The notes under the pieces are model-generated. The model saw only the letters and a program-made list of their open reading frames with translations, did not search any database and was not told the origin of the DNA. A program made the translations under genes and the position numbers. From assembly GCA_938022295.1 (NCBI GenBank), contig CALIDR010000126.1, positions 1 through 49,739 of the forward strand: a stretch of DNA of 49,739 nucleotides, in the 5' to 3' direction. The stretch comes from an uncultured Burkholderiaceae bacterium (lineage in GTDB: Bacteria > Pseudomonadota > Gammaproteobacteria > Burkholderiales > Burkholderiaceae_C). How positions within the stretch are numbered: the stretch's first letter is position 1; the number at the start of each line of letters is the position of its first letter. This document shows, piece by piece, positions 39,024 through 48,313 of the stretch.

Positions 39024-41375
39024 TCAGTCGACCGGCGTCAGCTTCGCCACCGCCAGCGCCAGCCATTTCGCACCGTGGCGGCCGAAGTTGATCTGCGCCC
39101 GCGCGTCGGCACCACGCCCTTCGAGGGTGACGACGACGCCCTCGCCGAACTTGGCGTGGAACACGCTCTGGCCGACGCGCAGCGCCGTGCCGTCGGCCGT
39201 CGTCGCGCTGCGCGTGGCGACCGCCGGGGGCGGCTCGACGCGGCCAGCGCCGACGATCGAGCCCAGGCCCGAACCGCGCTGCCAGGCCTGCTGGTAGTCG
39301 CGCGCGAAGCCCGAGCCGAAGCCGGCCACGCGCGGCGTCAGCCACTTGAGCGAGCCTTCGGGCAGCTCATCGAAGAAGCGGCTCTTGACGTGATACCGCG
39401 TCTGGCCGTGCAGCAGCCGCGTCTGGCTGAAGCTCAGGTACAGGCGCTTCCTCGCGCGCGTGATCGCGACGTACATCAGCCGCCGCTCCTCCTCGAGCCC
39501 GTCGGCGTCGGAGAGCGCGTTTTCGTGCGGGAACAGCCCCTCCTCGAGGCCGGTGATGAAGACGGCGTCGAACTCGAGTCCCTTGGCCGAGTGCACCGTC
39601 ATCAGCTGGATCGCGTCCTGCCCGGCCTGCGCCTGGTTGTCGCCGGCCTCGAGCGCGGCGTGGGTCAGGAACGCCGCCAGCGGGCTCACGATCTCGCCGG
39701 TCTCGGCGTCGGGCGCGAGCGCGACGGACGCCGGCGCCGCTGGCGCGCCGCCGGCGATCGCCCCCGGCGACTGCTCGTCGACCGGCAGCGCGACGGCGTC
39801 CTTGCCGAAACCTTCCTGGGTCACGAAGGCCTCGGCGGCGTTGACGAGTTCGTCGAGGTTCTCGAGCCGGTCCTGGCCTTCCTTCTCGGTGCGGTAGAAG
39901 TCGCGCAGTCCGCTGGCGTCGAGCACGTGCTCGATGATCTCGCGCAGCGTCAGGCCCTTCGTCGCGTCGCGCATCGCGTCGACCAGCGCGACGAACGCCG
40001 CGAGGTTCGCGCCGGCCTTGCCGGCGACGGCGCCCACGCTCTGGTGCAGGCTGCGGCCGCTCGCGCGCGCGGCGTCCTGCAGCTGCTCGACGGTGCGTGC
40101 GCCGATGCCGCGCGCCGGGAAGTTGACGACACGCAGGAAGCTCGTGTCGTCGTTCGGGTTCTCGAGCAGGCGCAGGTACGCCAGCGCGTGCTTGACCTCG
40201 GCGCGCTCGAAGAAGCGCAGCCCCCCGTAGACGCGGTACGGCACGCCGGCGTTGAAGAGGGCGCTTTCGATCACCCGGCTCTGCGCGTTGCTGCGGTACA
40301 GCACCGCGATCTCGCTGCGCGGCATGCCGGCGCGGTGCAGCTGCTGCGCCTCGTCGAGCAGCCACTGCGCCTCGGCGTAGTCGCTCGTGGCCTCGAACAC
40401 GCGCACCGGCTCGCCGGGGCCGGCGTCGGTGCGCAGGTTCTTGCCCAGGCGCCGGCGGTTGTGGCTGATCAGCGCGTTCGCGGCGTCGAGGATGTGGCTG
40501 AACGAGCGGTAGTTGCGCTCGAGCTTGATCACGCGCTCGACGCCGTACTCGCGCTCGAAGTCGGCCATGTTGCCGACCTGCGCGCCGCGGAACGCGTAGA
40601 TGCTCTGGTCGTCGTCGCCGACGGCGAACACGCCCTGGCCGCCGCCGCCCTGCGATGGCGGTGGCGCGAACATCTTCAGCCAGGCGTACTGCAGCCGGTT
40701 CGTGTCCTGGAACTCGTCGACGAGCACGTGGCGGAAGCGCCGGCGGTAGTGCTCGCGCAGCGGGTCGTGGTCGCGCAGCAGCTCGTAGGTGCGCAGCAGC
40801 AGCTCGGCGAAGTCGACGACGCCCTCGCGCTGGCACTGGTCTTCGTAGGCCTGGTAGGTCTCGACGAGCTTGCGCGTGTGCGCGTCGCGCACGTCGACGT
40901 CGCGCGGGCGCAGGCCGTCTTCCTTGCAGCCGGCGATGAACCACGCGACCTGCTTGGGCACGTAGCGCTCCTCGTCGAGGTTCATCGCCTTGATCACGCG
41001 CTTGACGGCGGCCACGCTGTCGGCCGCGTCGAGGATCTGGAACGTCTGCGGCAGCCCGGCCGCCTTCCAGTGCGCGCGCAGGAAGCGGTTGCACAGGCCG
41101 TGGAAGGTGCCGATCCACATGCCGCGCACGCTCACCGGCAGCATGGCTTGCAGCCGCGTCAGCATCTCCTTGGCCGCCTTGTTGGTGAACGTGACCGCCA
41201 GCACGCCGCCAGGCGAGACCTGGCCGGTGGCGATCAGCCACGCGATGCGCGTCGTCAGCACGCGCGTCTTGCCCGAGCCGGCGCCGGCGAGGATCAGCGC
41301 CGGCTGTGCCGGCAGCGTGACCGCCGCCAGCTGTTCGGGGTTCAGGTGGCGCAGCAGCGGGTCGTCGGCGGGCAT
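39024..41375 (-). CDS. uvrD: DNA helicase II
   Basis: AGAGSGKT, TFTNKAA, LVDEFQDTN, VGDDDQSIY, NYRS, TVHSAKGLEF, EEERRLMYVAITRA, C-terminal Tudor-like domain. Confidence 0.97.
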   Translation of the reverse strand: MPADDPLLRHLNPEQLAAVTLPAQPALILAGAGSGKTRVLTTRIAWLIATGQVSPGGVLAVTFTNKAAKEMLTRLQAMLPVSVRGMWIGTFHGLCNRFLRAHWKAAGLPQTFQILDAADSVAAVKRVIKAMNLDEERYVPKQVAWFIAGCKEDGLRPRDVDVRDAHTRKLVETYQAYEDQCQREGVVDFAELLLRTYELLRDHDPLREHYRRRFRHVLVDEFQDTNRLQYAWLKMFAPPPSQGGGGQGVFAVGDDDQSIYAFRGAQVGNMADFEREYGVERVIKLERNYRSFSHILDAANALISHNRRRLGKNLRTDAGPGEPVRVFEATSDYAEAQWLLDEAQQLHRAGMPRSEIAVLYRSNAQSRVIESALFNAGVPYRVYGGLRFFERAEVKHALAYLRLLENPNDDTSFLRVVNFPARGIGARTVEQLQDAARASGRSLHQSVGAVAGKAGANLAAFVALVDAMRDATKGLTLREIIEHVLDASGLRDFYRTEKEGQDRLENLDELVNAAEAFVTQEGFGKDAVALPVDEQSPGAIAGGAPAAPASVALAPDAETGEIVSPLAAFLTHAALEAGDNQAQAGQDAIQLMTVHSAKGLEFDAVFITGLEEGLFPHENALSDADGLEEERRLMYVAITRARKRLYLSFSQTRLLHGQTRYHVKSRFFDELPEGSLKWLTPRVAGFGSGFARDYQQAWQRGSGLGSIVGAGRVEPPPAVATRSATTADGTALRVGQSVFHAKFGEGVVVTLEGRGADARAQINFGRHGAKWLALAVAKLTPVD

Positions 41376-41432
41376 GCGCCGATTCTAGGAACCGGCCCGC
41401 CGCGGCCCGCCGCGGCCGAGGGCGCCGGGCCC

Positions 41433-43358
41433 TCAGGCCGGCGTCTTGTCGCTGCTGGGCACGCCGAGCACGGCGTAGTCCGGCGGCAGTTCCTCTTTCT
41501 CGTCGATCGGCGGCAGGTCCAGCGTCAGGTACGACGTGATCGCGAAGCCGTCGCCGCCGAACGGCCGCCGCGCGCGCTCGCGCAGGCGGTTGCGCAGCCA
41601 CTCGGTGAACTCGGCGGGCGGCATCGGCCGGCTGACGAGGTAGCCCTGGATCTCGTCGCAGCCGATCGTGCGCAGGAAGTCGGCCTGGGCGTCGGTCTCC
41701 ACGCCTTCGGCGACGACGCGCATCTGCAGGCTGTGGCCGAGCGCGACGACGGCGGTGGCGATCGCCATGTCTTCGGCGTCGTCGGGGATGTCGCGCACGA
41801 ACGAGCGGTCGATCTTCAGCGTGTCGATGCTGAAGCGCTTGAGGTAGCTCAGCGACGAGTGGCCGGTGCCGAAGTCGTCGATCGCGAGCTTGACGCCGAT
41901 GCGGTCGAAGCGCTCAAGCATCGTGCGGCTGACCTCGTTGTCCTCCATCACCAGGCTCTCGGTCAGCTCGAGCTCGAGGCGCGACGGCTCGATGTGCGTC
42001 TCGCGCAGCGTGTCCTCGACCAGCGCCGGCAGCGCCTGGTGGCGGAACTGGCGCGCCGAGAGGTTGACCGCCAGCCGCAGCGGCGGCAGGCCGGCGGCGT
42101 CCCACGCCGCGAGCTGCGCGCACGCGGTGCGCACCACCCACGCCCCCACCGGCAGCACGAGGCCGGTGTCCTCGAGCACGGCGATAAAGCGGTCGGGCGA
42201 GATCGTGCCGCGGCCCGGGCACTTCCAGCGCAGCAGCGCCTCGACGCCGGTGATGTCGCCGGTGGCCAGGTCGGCCTTGGGCTGGTAGACGAGCGAGAAC
42301 TCGTCGCGCTCGATCGCGCGGCGCAGGCTGCCCTCGAGCGACAGGCGGGTCCGCACCGCCTCGTTGAGGTCGTCGCTGAAGAAGCTGTAGGTGTTGCGGC
42401 CCATCGCCTTCGAGCGGTACATCGCCATGTCGGCGTGGCGGATCAGGCCGTCAAGGTCGACGTCGTCGGTCGGGTACATCGAGATGCCGATGCTCGCCGA
42501 CGGATAGATCTCCTCGCCGCCGGCGACGAACGGCGCCACCAGCGCCTCGAGCATGCGGCGGGCGATGATCGCGGCGTCCTCGGCGCCGCGGATGTTCTCG
42601 GCGATCACGGTGAACTCGTCGCCGCCGAGCCGCGAAACGGTGAACGGATCGGTGTCGTTGTTGCCGCGCGTGAGCGAGTCGGTGCTGCGCAGGCAGTGCG
42701 ACAGCGTGCGCGCGACGTGGCGCAGCAGCTCGTCGCCGACCTCGTGGCCGAGGCTGTCGTTGACGACCTTGAAGCGGTCGAGGTCGAGCAGCATCAGCGT
42801 CATCGGGCGGCCGGTGCGCCGCGAGCGCTCCATCGCCCGAGCCAGGCGGTCGCGGAACAGCACGCGGTTGGGCAGTCCGGTGAGGCTGTCGTAGTTGGCC
42901 AGCATCGTCAGCTGCGTGAGCTGCGCCGCCGTCTGCTGGGGGTTCGCCGGGGGGCGGAAGCTGACGACGCGCACCGTGCGGCTGCCCGCCCGGTGCTCGC
43001 TGACCTTGGCCTCGACGTCGATCGGCGCGCCGCCGCGCCGGCGCAGCGAGGCCTGCTGGTCGCCGAGCAGCAGGGCGCCGCCGGCAGGCGTCGTCAGCCA
43101 TCGACCGAGCGGCGAGCCGACGATGGCCGACGGCTCCTCGTCGGCGAGCTGGCCGGCCACCGGGTTGCACTTCAGCACGCGGCCGTCGCCGTCGCAGGCA
43201 AGCACGCCGTCGCCGCTGTGCTCGAGCAGCAGCTGCAGCGACTGCACGAAGCCGTCGTCGGCCGGGCGCTCCGCCTTCGGCTTCGGCGCCGGGCTCGCGC
43301 GCTGCGGCTCGGGTTCGGACGCCGCCGGCCGCAGCCCCCGCACCAGCCAGCGCATCAT
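41433..43358 (-). CDS. PAS-GGDEF-EAL diguanylate cyclase/phosphodiesterase
   Basis: DSLTGLPNR, DLDRFK, RLGGDEF, YQPK, EALLRW, IDDFGTGHSSL, LKIDRSF, AEGVET, QGY. Confidence 0.93.
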   Translation of the reverse strand: MMRWLVRGLRPAASEPEPQRASPAPKPKAERPADDGFVQSLQLLLEHSGDGVLACDGDGRVLKCNPVAGQLADEEPSAIVGSPLGRWLTTPAGGALLLGDQQASLRRRGGAPIDVEAKVSEHRAGSRTVRVVSFRPPANPQQTAAQLTQLTMLANYDSLTGLPNRVLFRDRLARAMERSRRTGRPMTLMLLDLDRFKVVNDSLGHEVGDELLRHVARTLSHCLRSTDSLTRGNNDTDPFTVSRLGGDEFTVIAENIRGAEDAAIIARRMLEALVAPFVAGGEEIYPSASIGISMYPTDDVDLDGLIRHADMAMYRSKAMGRNTYSFFSDDLNEAVRTRLSLEGSLRRAIERDEFSLVYQPKADLATGDITGVEALLRWKCPGRGTISPDRFIAVLEDTGLVLPVGAWVVRTACAQLAAWDAAGLPPLRLAVNLSARQFRHQALPALVEDTLRETHIEPSRLELELTESLVMEDNEVSRTMLERFDRIGVKLAIDDFGTGHSSLSYLKRFSIDTLKIDRSFVRDIPDDAEDMAIATAVVALGHSLQMRVVAEGVETDAQADFLRTIGCDEIQGYLVSRPMPPAEFTEWLRNRLRERARRPFGGDGFAITSYLTLDLPPIDEKEELPPDYAVLGVPSSDKTPA

Positions 43359-43453
43359 CGCCGAGCCCCCCCGCCGGCCAGCGGCGGCGTGCGGCCGGAC
43401 CGGATCGACTGTCGGTGGTCCATGGCGTTCGTTGTTGCAGACACGTTCTGCCA

Positions 43454-43480
43454 TCTTCGGCCCGTCGCGCCCCGGCTTGA
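43454..43480 (-). promoter_or_regulatory. Sigma-28 (FliA)-type promoter of the GGDEF-EAL gene
   Basis: Minus strand reads TCAAG-N14-GCCGAAGA (consensus TCAAG-N14-GCCGATAA). Confidence 0.65.
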
Positions 43481-43596
43481 GGGGAGAATCTCACGCGAGC
43501 GCGGGCGTACACTCATCCATCGCGGCCGAACGCCGGCGACCGACGAGGATGCATGCCCCGCCCGCCGGGCGGTCGGCCCGTGACGCCGAGGGCGGC

Positions 43597-43638
43597 CGGG
43601 CTCCCAGGTCGAGCGCTCGACGACCTCCCAGGAGCCCG
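43597..43638 (+). promoter_or_regulatory. Hairpin sequestering the guaC Shine-Dalgarno sequence
   Basis: CGGGCTCC (43597-43604) pairs with GGAGCCCG (43631-43638); inner stem AGGTCG/CGACCT. Confidence 0.55.
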
Positions 43639-43640
43639 CG

Positions 43641-44618
43641 ATGGACATCTTCGACTACGACAACATCCTGCTGCTGCCGCGGCGCTGCCGCGTCGAGAGC
43701 CGCAGCGAGTGCGACCCCTCCGTCGAGTTCGGCGGCCGCCGCTTCCGGCTGCCGGTGGTGCCGGCCAACATGCGCACCGTGATCGACGAGCGCATCGCGC
43801 AGTACCTCGCGGCGCACGGCTACTTCTACGTGATGCACCGCTTCGACCTCGACAGCGTCGCCTTCGCCACCGCGATGCGCGAACGCAAGCTGCTGGTGTC
43901 GATCAGCTCGGGCGTGAAGCCCGCGGACCACGAGGTGATCGACCGCCTGGCGGCGTCGGGCGTCGGCGCCGACTACGTCACGATCGACATCGCCCACGGC
44001 CACGCCGACAGCGTGCGGCGCACGATCGAGCACATCAAGACGAGGCTGCCGGGCGCGTTCGTGATCGCCGGCAACGTCGGCACGCCCGAGGCGGTGATCG
44101 ACCTCGAGAACTGGGGTGCCGACGCGACGAAGGTCGGCATCGGCCCGGGCAAGGTCTGCATCACGCGGCTGAAGACGGGCTTCGGCACCGGCGGCTGGCA
44201 GCTCTCGGCGCTGAAGTGGTGCGCGCGGGTGGCGACCAAGCCGATCATCGCCGACGGCGGCATCCGCCACCACGGCGACATCGCCAAGAGCGTGCGCTTC
44301 GGCGCCTCGATGGTGATGATCGGCTCGCTGTTCGCCGGCCACGAGGAGAGCCCGGGGCAAACGGTGGAGGTCGACGGGCGGCTGTACAAGGAGTACTACG
44401 GTAGCGCGTCGGACTTCAACAAGGGCGAGTACAAGCACGTCGAGGGCAAGCGCATCCTGGAACCCATCAAGGGCCGCCTCGAGGACACGCTGCGCGAGAT
44501 GCGCGAGGACCTGCAGAGCAGCATCAGCTACGCCGGCGGGCGGGTGCTCGCCGACCTGAAGAAGGTCAACTACGTGATCCTCGGCGGCGAGAACGCGGGC
44601 GAGCACCTGTTCATGTAG
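43641..44618 (+). CDS. guaC: GMP reductase (type 2)
   Basis: [58 protein letters not shown]. Confidence 0.96.
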   Translation: MDIFDYDNILLLPRRCRVESRSECDPSVEFGGRRFRLPVVPANMRTVIDERIAQYLAAHGYFYVMHRFDLDSVAFATAMRERKLLVSISSGVKPADHEVIDRLAASGVGADYVTIDIAHGHADSVRRTIEHIKTRLPGAFVIAGNVGTPEAVIDLENWGADATKVGIGPGKVCITRLKTGFGTGGWQLSALKWCARVATKPIIADGGIRHHGDIAKSVRFGASMVMIGSLFAGHEESPGQTVEVDGRLYKEYYGSASDFNKGEYKHVEGKRILEPIKGRLEDTLREMREDLQSSISYAGGRVLADLKKVNYVILGGENAGEHLFM

Positions 44619-44676
44619 CGCTGCCGGGAACCGGCCCGCCCCGCCGCGATCGCACGCGTCCACGGAGGCGACGACG

Positions 44677-46314
44677 ATGAGCCACTGGGACGACGCGGGC
44701 CTGTTCGAGCGCTACCCCGCCGCGCACGCGCTGCCGCCCGGCGTGCGCGTCGACCCGTCGAAGCACCCGGCGCGCTGGCTCGTCGACGGGGAGATCCGCG
44801 AGGTCGGGCACGCCGCGGCGCGCGAGGTCACGAGCCGCGTCGCGCTGCGCGACGGCGACACGCTGGTCGAGCCGCTGCTCGGCCACGAGGCGCAGCTCAC
44901 GCCCGACGACGCCCGCGAGGCGCTCGCCGCCGCACGCCGCGCGTGGGCCGGCGGCGAAGGGGCGTGGCCCGCGGCCCGTTCGGCGCAGCGCGTGGCCGCC
45001 GTCGCGCGCTTCGCCGACGCCGTCGCGGCGCGCACCGACGAGATCGCGACCCTGCTGATGTGGGAGGTCGGCAAGCCGCTCGCGGCCGCGCGGGCCGAGG
45101 TCACGCGCAGCGTCGAGTACATCCGCGACACGCTCGCCGAGTTCGAGCGCCTGCGCGCCGAGGACCGCGTGCCGCAGACCGGCACCGCCGGCGGGCGCAC
45201 GCACCACGCCGTCACCGAGCGGCGGCCGCTCGGCAAGGTGCTGTGCGTGGCACCGTTCAACTACCCGGTCAACGAGTTCCTGACCACCGTCGTGCCGGCG
45301 CTGCTGATGGGCAACGTCGTGCTCGCGAAGACGCCGCGCTTCGGCGTGCTCGCCAACGGCGTGCTGCTCGACGCCTTCCGCGCCTGCTTCTTGCCCGGCG
45401 TCGTCGCCGTGCTGCCCGGCGACGGCCGGCACGTGATCCCGGCGCTGATGGGCGCCGCCTCGGCCGACGTCCACTGCCGGCCGGCGGCCGAGATCGACGT
45501 GCTGGCGTTCATCGGCAGCGAGGCGGCGGCCGATGCGATCGTGCGCAGCCACGCGGTGCCGATCACGCTGCACAAGGTGCTCGGCCTCGGCGCCAAGAAC
45601 GCCGCCGTCGTGCTGCCCGGCGCCGACGTCGAGGCGGCGAGCAGCGCCCTCGTCAAGGGCGCGCTCGGCTTCAACGGCCAGCGCTGCACGGCCGAGAAGA
45701 TCGTCTTCGTCCACCGCGCGCTGGCCGACGATTTCGTCGCGCGGCTGGCGGCGAAGGTCGACGCGCTGAAGGTCGGCATGCCGTGGGACGACGGCGTCGC
45801 GATCACGCCGCTGCCCGAGCCGGACAAGCTCGCCGCGATGCGCGCGCTGCTCGACGACGCGCTCGCCCACGGCGCGCGCGTCGTCAACGCCGGCGGCGGG
45901 CGCGGCCTGTATTCGCTGATGCGCCCGGCGGTCGTCTACCCGGTGCGCGAGGGCATGCGGCTTCACCACGAGGAGCAGTTCGGCCCCCTCGTCGCGGTGT
46001 CGGCATTCGACGACGTCGACGAGGTACTGGCCTGGCAGCGCCGCTCGCCCTACGGCCAGCAGGCTGCGGTGTGGGGGCCGCCCGCGACGGCCGGGCCGCT
46101 GGCGCGCGCGCTGGCGCGCTTCGTCGCCCGCGTCAACGTCGACGACGTCTGCCAGCGCGGGCCCGATGCGTTCGGCTTCACCGCGACCGACAAGTCGGGC
46201 TTCGGCACGCTGTCGCTGCGCGAGGCGCTGCTGACGTTCAGCCGCCCGGTGCTGCTGCAGTCGCCCGACGCGGCGACGCTCGCCGCGGTGGTGCCGCACC
46301 ACCCGCCGGCGTGA
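44677..46314 (+). CDS. Aldehyde dehydrogenase, GapN-like (non-phosphorylating NADP-dependent glyceraldehyde-3-phosphate dehydrogenase subfamily)
   Basis: PFNYPVNE, LAFIGS, LGLGAKN, FNGQRCTA, ITPLPEP, EEQFGP, CQRGPD; GGAGG RBS. Confidence 0.78.
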   Translation: MSHWDDAGLFERYPAAHALPPGVRVDPSKHPARWLVDGEIREVGHAAAREVTSRVALRDGDTLVEPLLGHEAQLTPDDAREALAAARRAWAGGEGAWPAARSAQRVAAVARFADAVAARTDEIATLLMWEVGKPLAAARAEVTRSVEYIRDTLAEFERLRAEDRVPQTGTAGGRTHHAVTERRPLGKVLCVAPFNYPVNEFLTTVVPALLMGNVVLAKTPRFGVLANGVLLDAFRACFLPGVVAVLPGDGRHVIPALMGAASADVHCRPAAEIDVLAFIGSEAAADAIVRSHAVPITLHKVLGLGAKNAAVVLPGADVEAASSALVKGALGFNGQRCTAEKIVFVHRALADDFVARLAAKVDALKVGMPWDDGVAITPLPEPDKLAAMRALLDDALAHGARVVNAGGGRGLYSLMRPAVVYPVREGMRLHHEEQFGPLVAVSAFDDVDEVLAWQRRSPYGQQAAVWGPPATAGPLARALARFVARVNVDDVCQRGPDAFGFTATDKSGFGTLSLREALLTFSRPVLLQSPDAATLAAVVPHHPPA

Positions 46315-46320
46315 CGCGTC

Positions 46321-47436
46321 TCACGCCAGCCGAGCGACGACTTCGTCGGCGATCGCCAGGCTCGCCGTGAGCCCGGGCGACTCGATGCCGAACAGGTGCA
46401 CCAGGCCCGGCACGCCGTGGTCGGCCGGGCCGGCGATCACGAAGTCGCGCGCCGGCTCGCCCGGGCCGGCGATCTTGGCCCGGACGCCGCTGTACGCCGG
46501 GGCGAGCGCGCCTTCGGGCAGGCCGGGCCAGTAGCGGCGGATGGCGGCGGCGAACGCCCCGCCGCGCGCCGGGTCGACGGCGTAGTCGAGCGGCGCGTCG
46601 TCGGCGAGCCACTCGGTGTCGGGGCCGAAGCGCGCCTGGCCGCCGAGGTCGAGCGTCAGGTGCACGCCCAGGCCCGCGGCGTCGTGCAGCGGGTAGATCA
46701 GGCGCGAGAACGGCGCGCGGCCCGCGAGCGCGAAGTAGCTGCCCTTGCAGCGGTACGCTCGCGGCACGCGGGTGCGGTCGACGCCGTCGATCGCCGCCGC
46801 GAGCGCCGGCGCGTGCATCCCGGCGGCGTTGACGACGGTGCGCGCGCGCAGCGTCGTCGCGACGTCGCCGCCGACGTCGAGCTCGACGCCGTGGCCGCGC
46901 ACACGCCCCGCGCGCACCGGGCTCGCGAACGCGAGCATCGCGCCGTGCGCCTCGGCGTCGCCCTGCAGCGCGAGCATCAGCCCGTGGCTGTCGACGATGC
47001 CGGTCGAAGGCGACCAGAGCGCCGCCACCGCGTGCAGCGCCGGCTCCATCGCGCGTGCGTCGTCGCCGTCGAGCCACTGCACGTCGGCGACACCGTTGGC
47101 GTGCGCCTGCGCCTGCAGCGCGCGCAGCGCGCCCAGCTGCGCGGCGTCGGTGGCCACGACGAGCTTGCCGCAGCGCCGGTGCGCGATGCCGCGTTCGGCG
47201 CAGTAGGCGTAGAGCAGGTCGCGCCCGCGCACGGCGAGCCGCGCCTTCAGCGAGCCGCTCGGGTAGTACAGGCCGGCGTGGATCACCTCGCTGTTGCGCG
47301 AGCTGGCGCCGGTGCCGATCGCGGTGGCGGCCTCGACGACGACGACCTCGCGCCCGGCCAGCGCCAGCGCGCGTGCGACGGCGAGGCCGACGACGCCGGC
47401 GCCGACCACGACCGCGTCGACGGTGTCGACCGCCAT
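46321..47436 (-). CDS. FAD-dependent oxidoreductase, L-2-hydroxyglutarate oxidase-like
   Basis: [54 protein letters not shown]. Confidence 0.88.
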   Translation of the reverse strand: MAVDTVDAVVVGAGVVGLAVARALALAGREVVVVEAATAIGTGASSRNSEVIHAGLYYPSGSLKARLAVRGRDLLYAYCAERGIAHRRCGKLVVATDAAQLGALRALQAQAHANGVADVQWLDGDDARAMEPALHAVAALWSPSTGIVDSHGLMLALQGDAEAHGAMLAFASPVRAGRVRGHGVELDVGGDVATTLRARTVVNAAGMHAPALAAAIDGVDRTRVPRAYRCKGSYFALAGRAPFSRLIYPLHDAAGLGVHLTLDLGGQARFGPDTEWLADDAPLDYAVDPARGGAFAAAIRRYWPGLPEGALAPAYSGVRAKIAGPGEPARDFVIAGPADHGVPGLVHLFGIESPGLTASLAIADEVVARLA

Positions 47437-47438
47437 CG

Positions 47439-48224
47439 TCAGCGGTCGCCGAACGTCGGCTTGCGCTTCTCGAGGAACGCCGCGACGCCCTCGCGGTAGT
47501 CGTGCGCGCGGCCGAGTTCGCGCTGCAGGTCCGCCTCGATGCGCAGCGCGTCGGCGTAGCTCGACATCGCCGAGGCGTCGATCGCGTGCCGCGTCTGCGC
47601 GAGCGCCTTCGTCGGCATCGCCGCGAGCCGCTGCGCCAGCGCGCGCACCGCGCCAGCGAACGCATCGTCGTCGACGCACTGCCAGATCAGGCCCATCGCC
47701 TGCGCGTCGGCGGCGCTGAGCTTGTCGCCCGTCATCGCCAGCGCCAGCGCACGCGCGCGGCCGACGAGGTGCGGCAGCAGCCAGGTGCCGCCGCAGTCGG
47801 GGATCAGGCCGATCTTCGAGAACGCCTGGATGAAGCTCGCCGAGCGCGCGGCGACGACGATGTCGCAGCCGAGCGCGAAGTTGGCCCCCGCCCCGGCGGC
47901 CACCCCGTTGACGGCGGCGATCACCGGCACCGGCATCGAGCGCACGCGCAGCGCCAGCGGCCGGTACAGCCGCTCGATGACCTCGCCGACGTCGACGTCG
48001 TCGCCGGCCATCCCGGCGTCGTTGAGGTCCTGCCCGGCGCAGAAGCCGCGCCCGGCGCCGGTGACGACGACGCAGCGCACCGCCGCGTCAGCGGCGGCGG
48101 CGTCGAGCGCGGCGCGCAGCTCGGCGTGCATCGCGGCGGTGAAGCTGTTCAGCGCCTGCGGTCGGTTCAGCGTCAGCGTGCGCACGGCGCCATCGTCGGC
48201 GGTCAGCACCAGCGGTTCGGCCAT
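47439..48224 (-). CDS. Enoyl-CoA hydratase/isomerase, PaaG-like
   Basis: [53 protein letters not shown]. Confidence 0.88.
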   Translation of the reverse strand: MAEPLVLTADDGAVRTLTLNRPQALNSFTAAMHAELRAALDAAAADAAVRCVVVTGAGRGFCAGQDLNDAGMAGDDVDVGEVIERLYRPLALRVRSMPVPVIAAVNGVAAGAGANFALGCDIVVAARSASFIQAFSKIGLIPDCGGTWLLPHLVGRARALALAMTGDKLSAADAQAMGLIWQCVDDDAFAGAVRALAQRLAAMPTKALAQTRHAIDASAMSSYADALRIEADLQRELGRAHDYREGVAAFLEKRKPTFGDR

Positions 48225-48313
48225 CGCCTCGTCTCCTCGTCGGTCGAATCGTCGATGGCGGCATCGTACCCGCGCACCGGCGCGGCAACGGCTGCGCGTG
48301 CGACGATCGCCGC

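Noticed and set aside
41394-41417. GGCCCGCCGC tandem repeat upstream of uvrD
   Set aside because: Short, all-GC and only two copies; expected by chance at this base composition.
39075-43583. 1502-aa ORF on the + strand
   Set aside because: Antisense shadow of uvrD and the GGDEF-EAL gene; no recognisable motifs.
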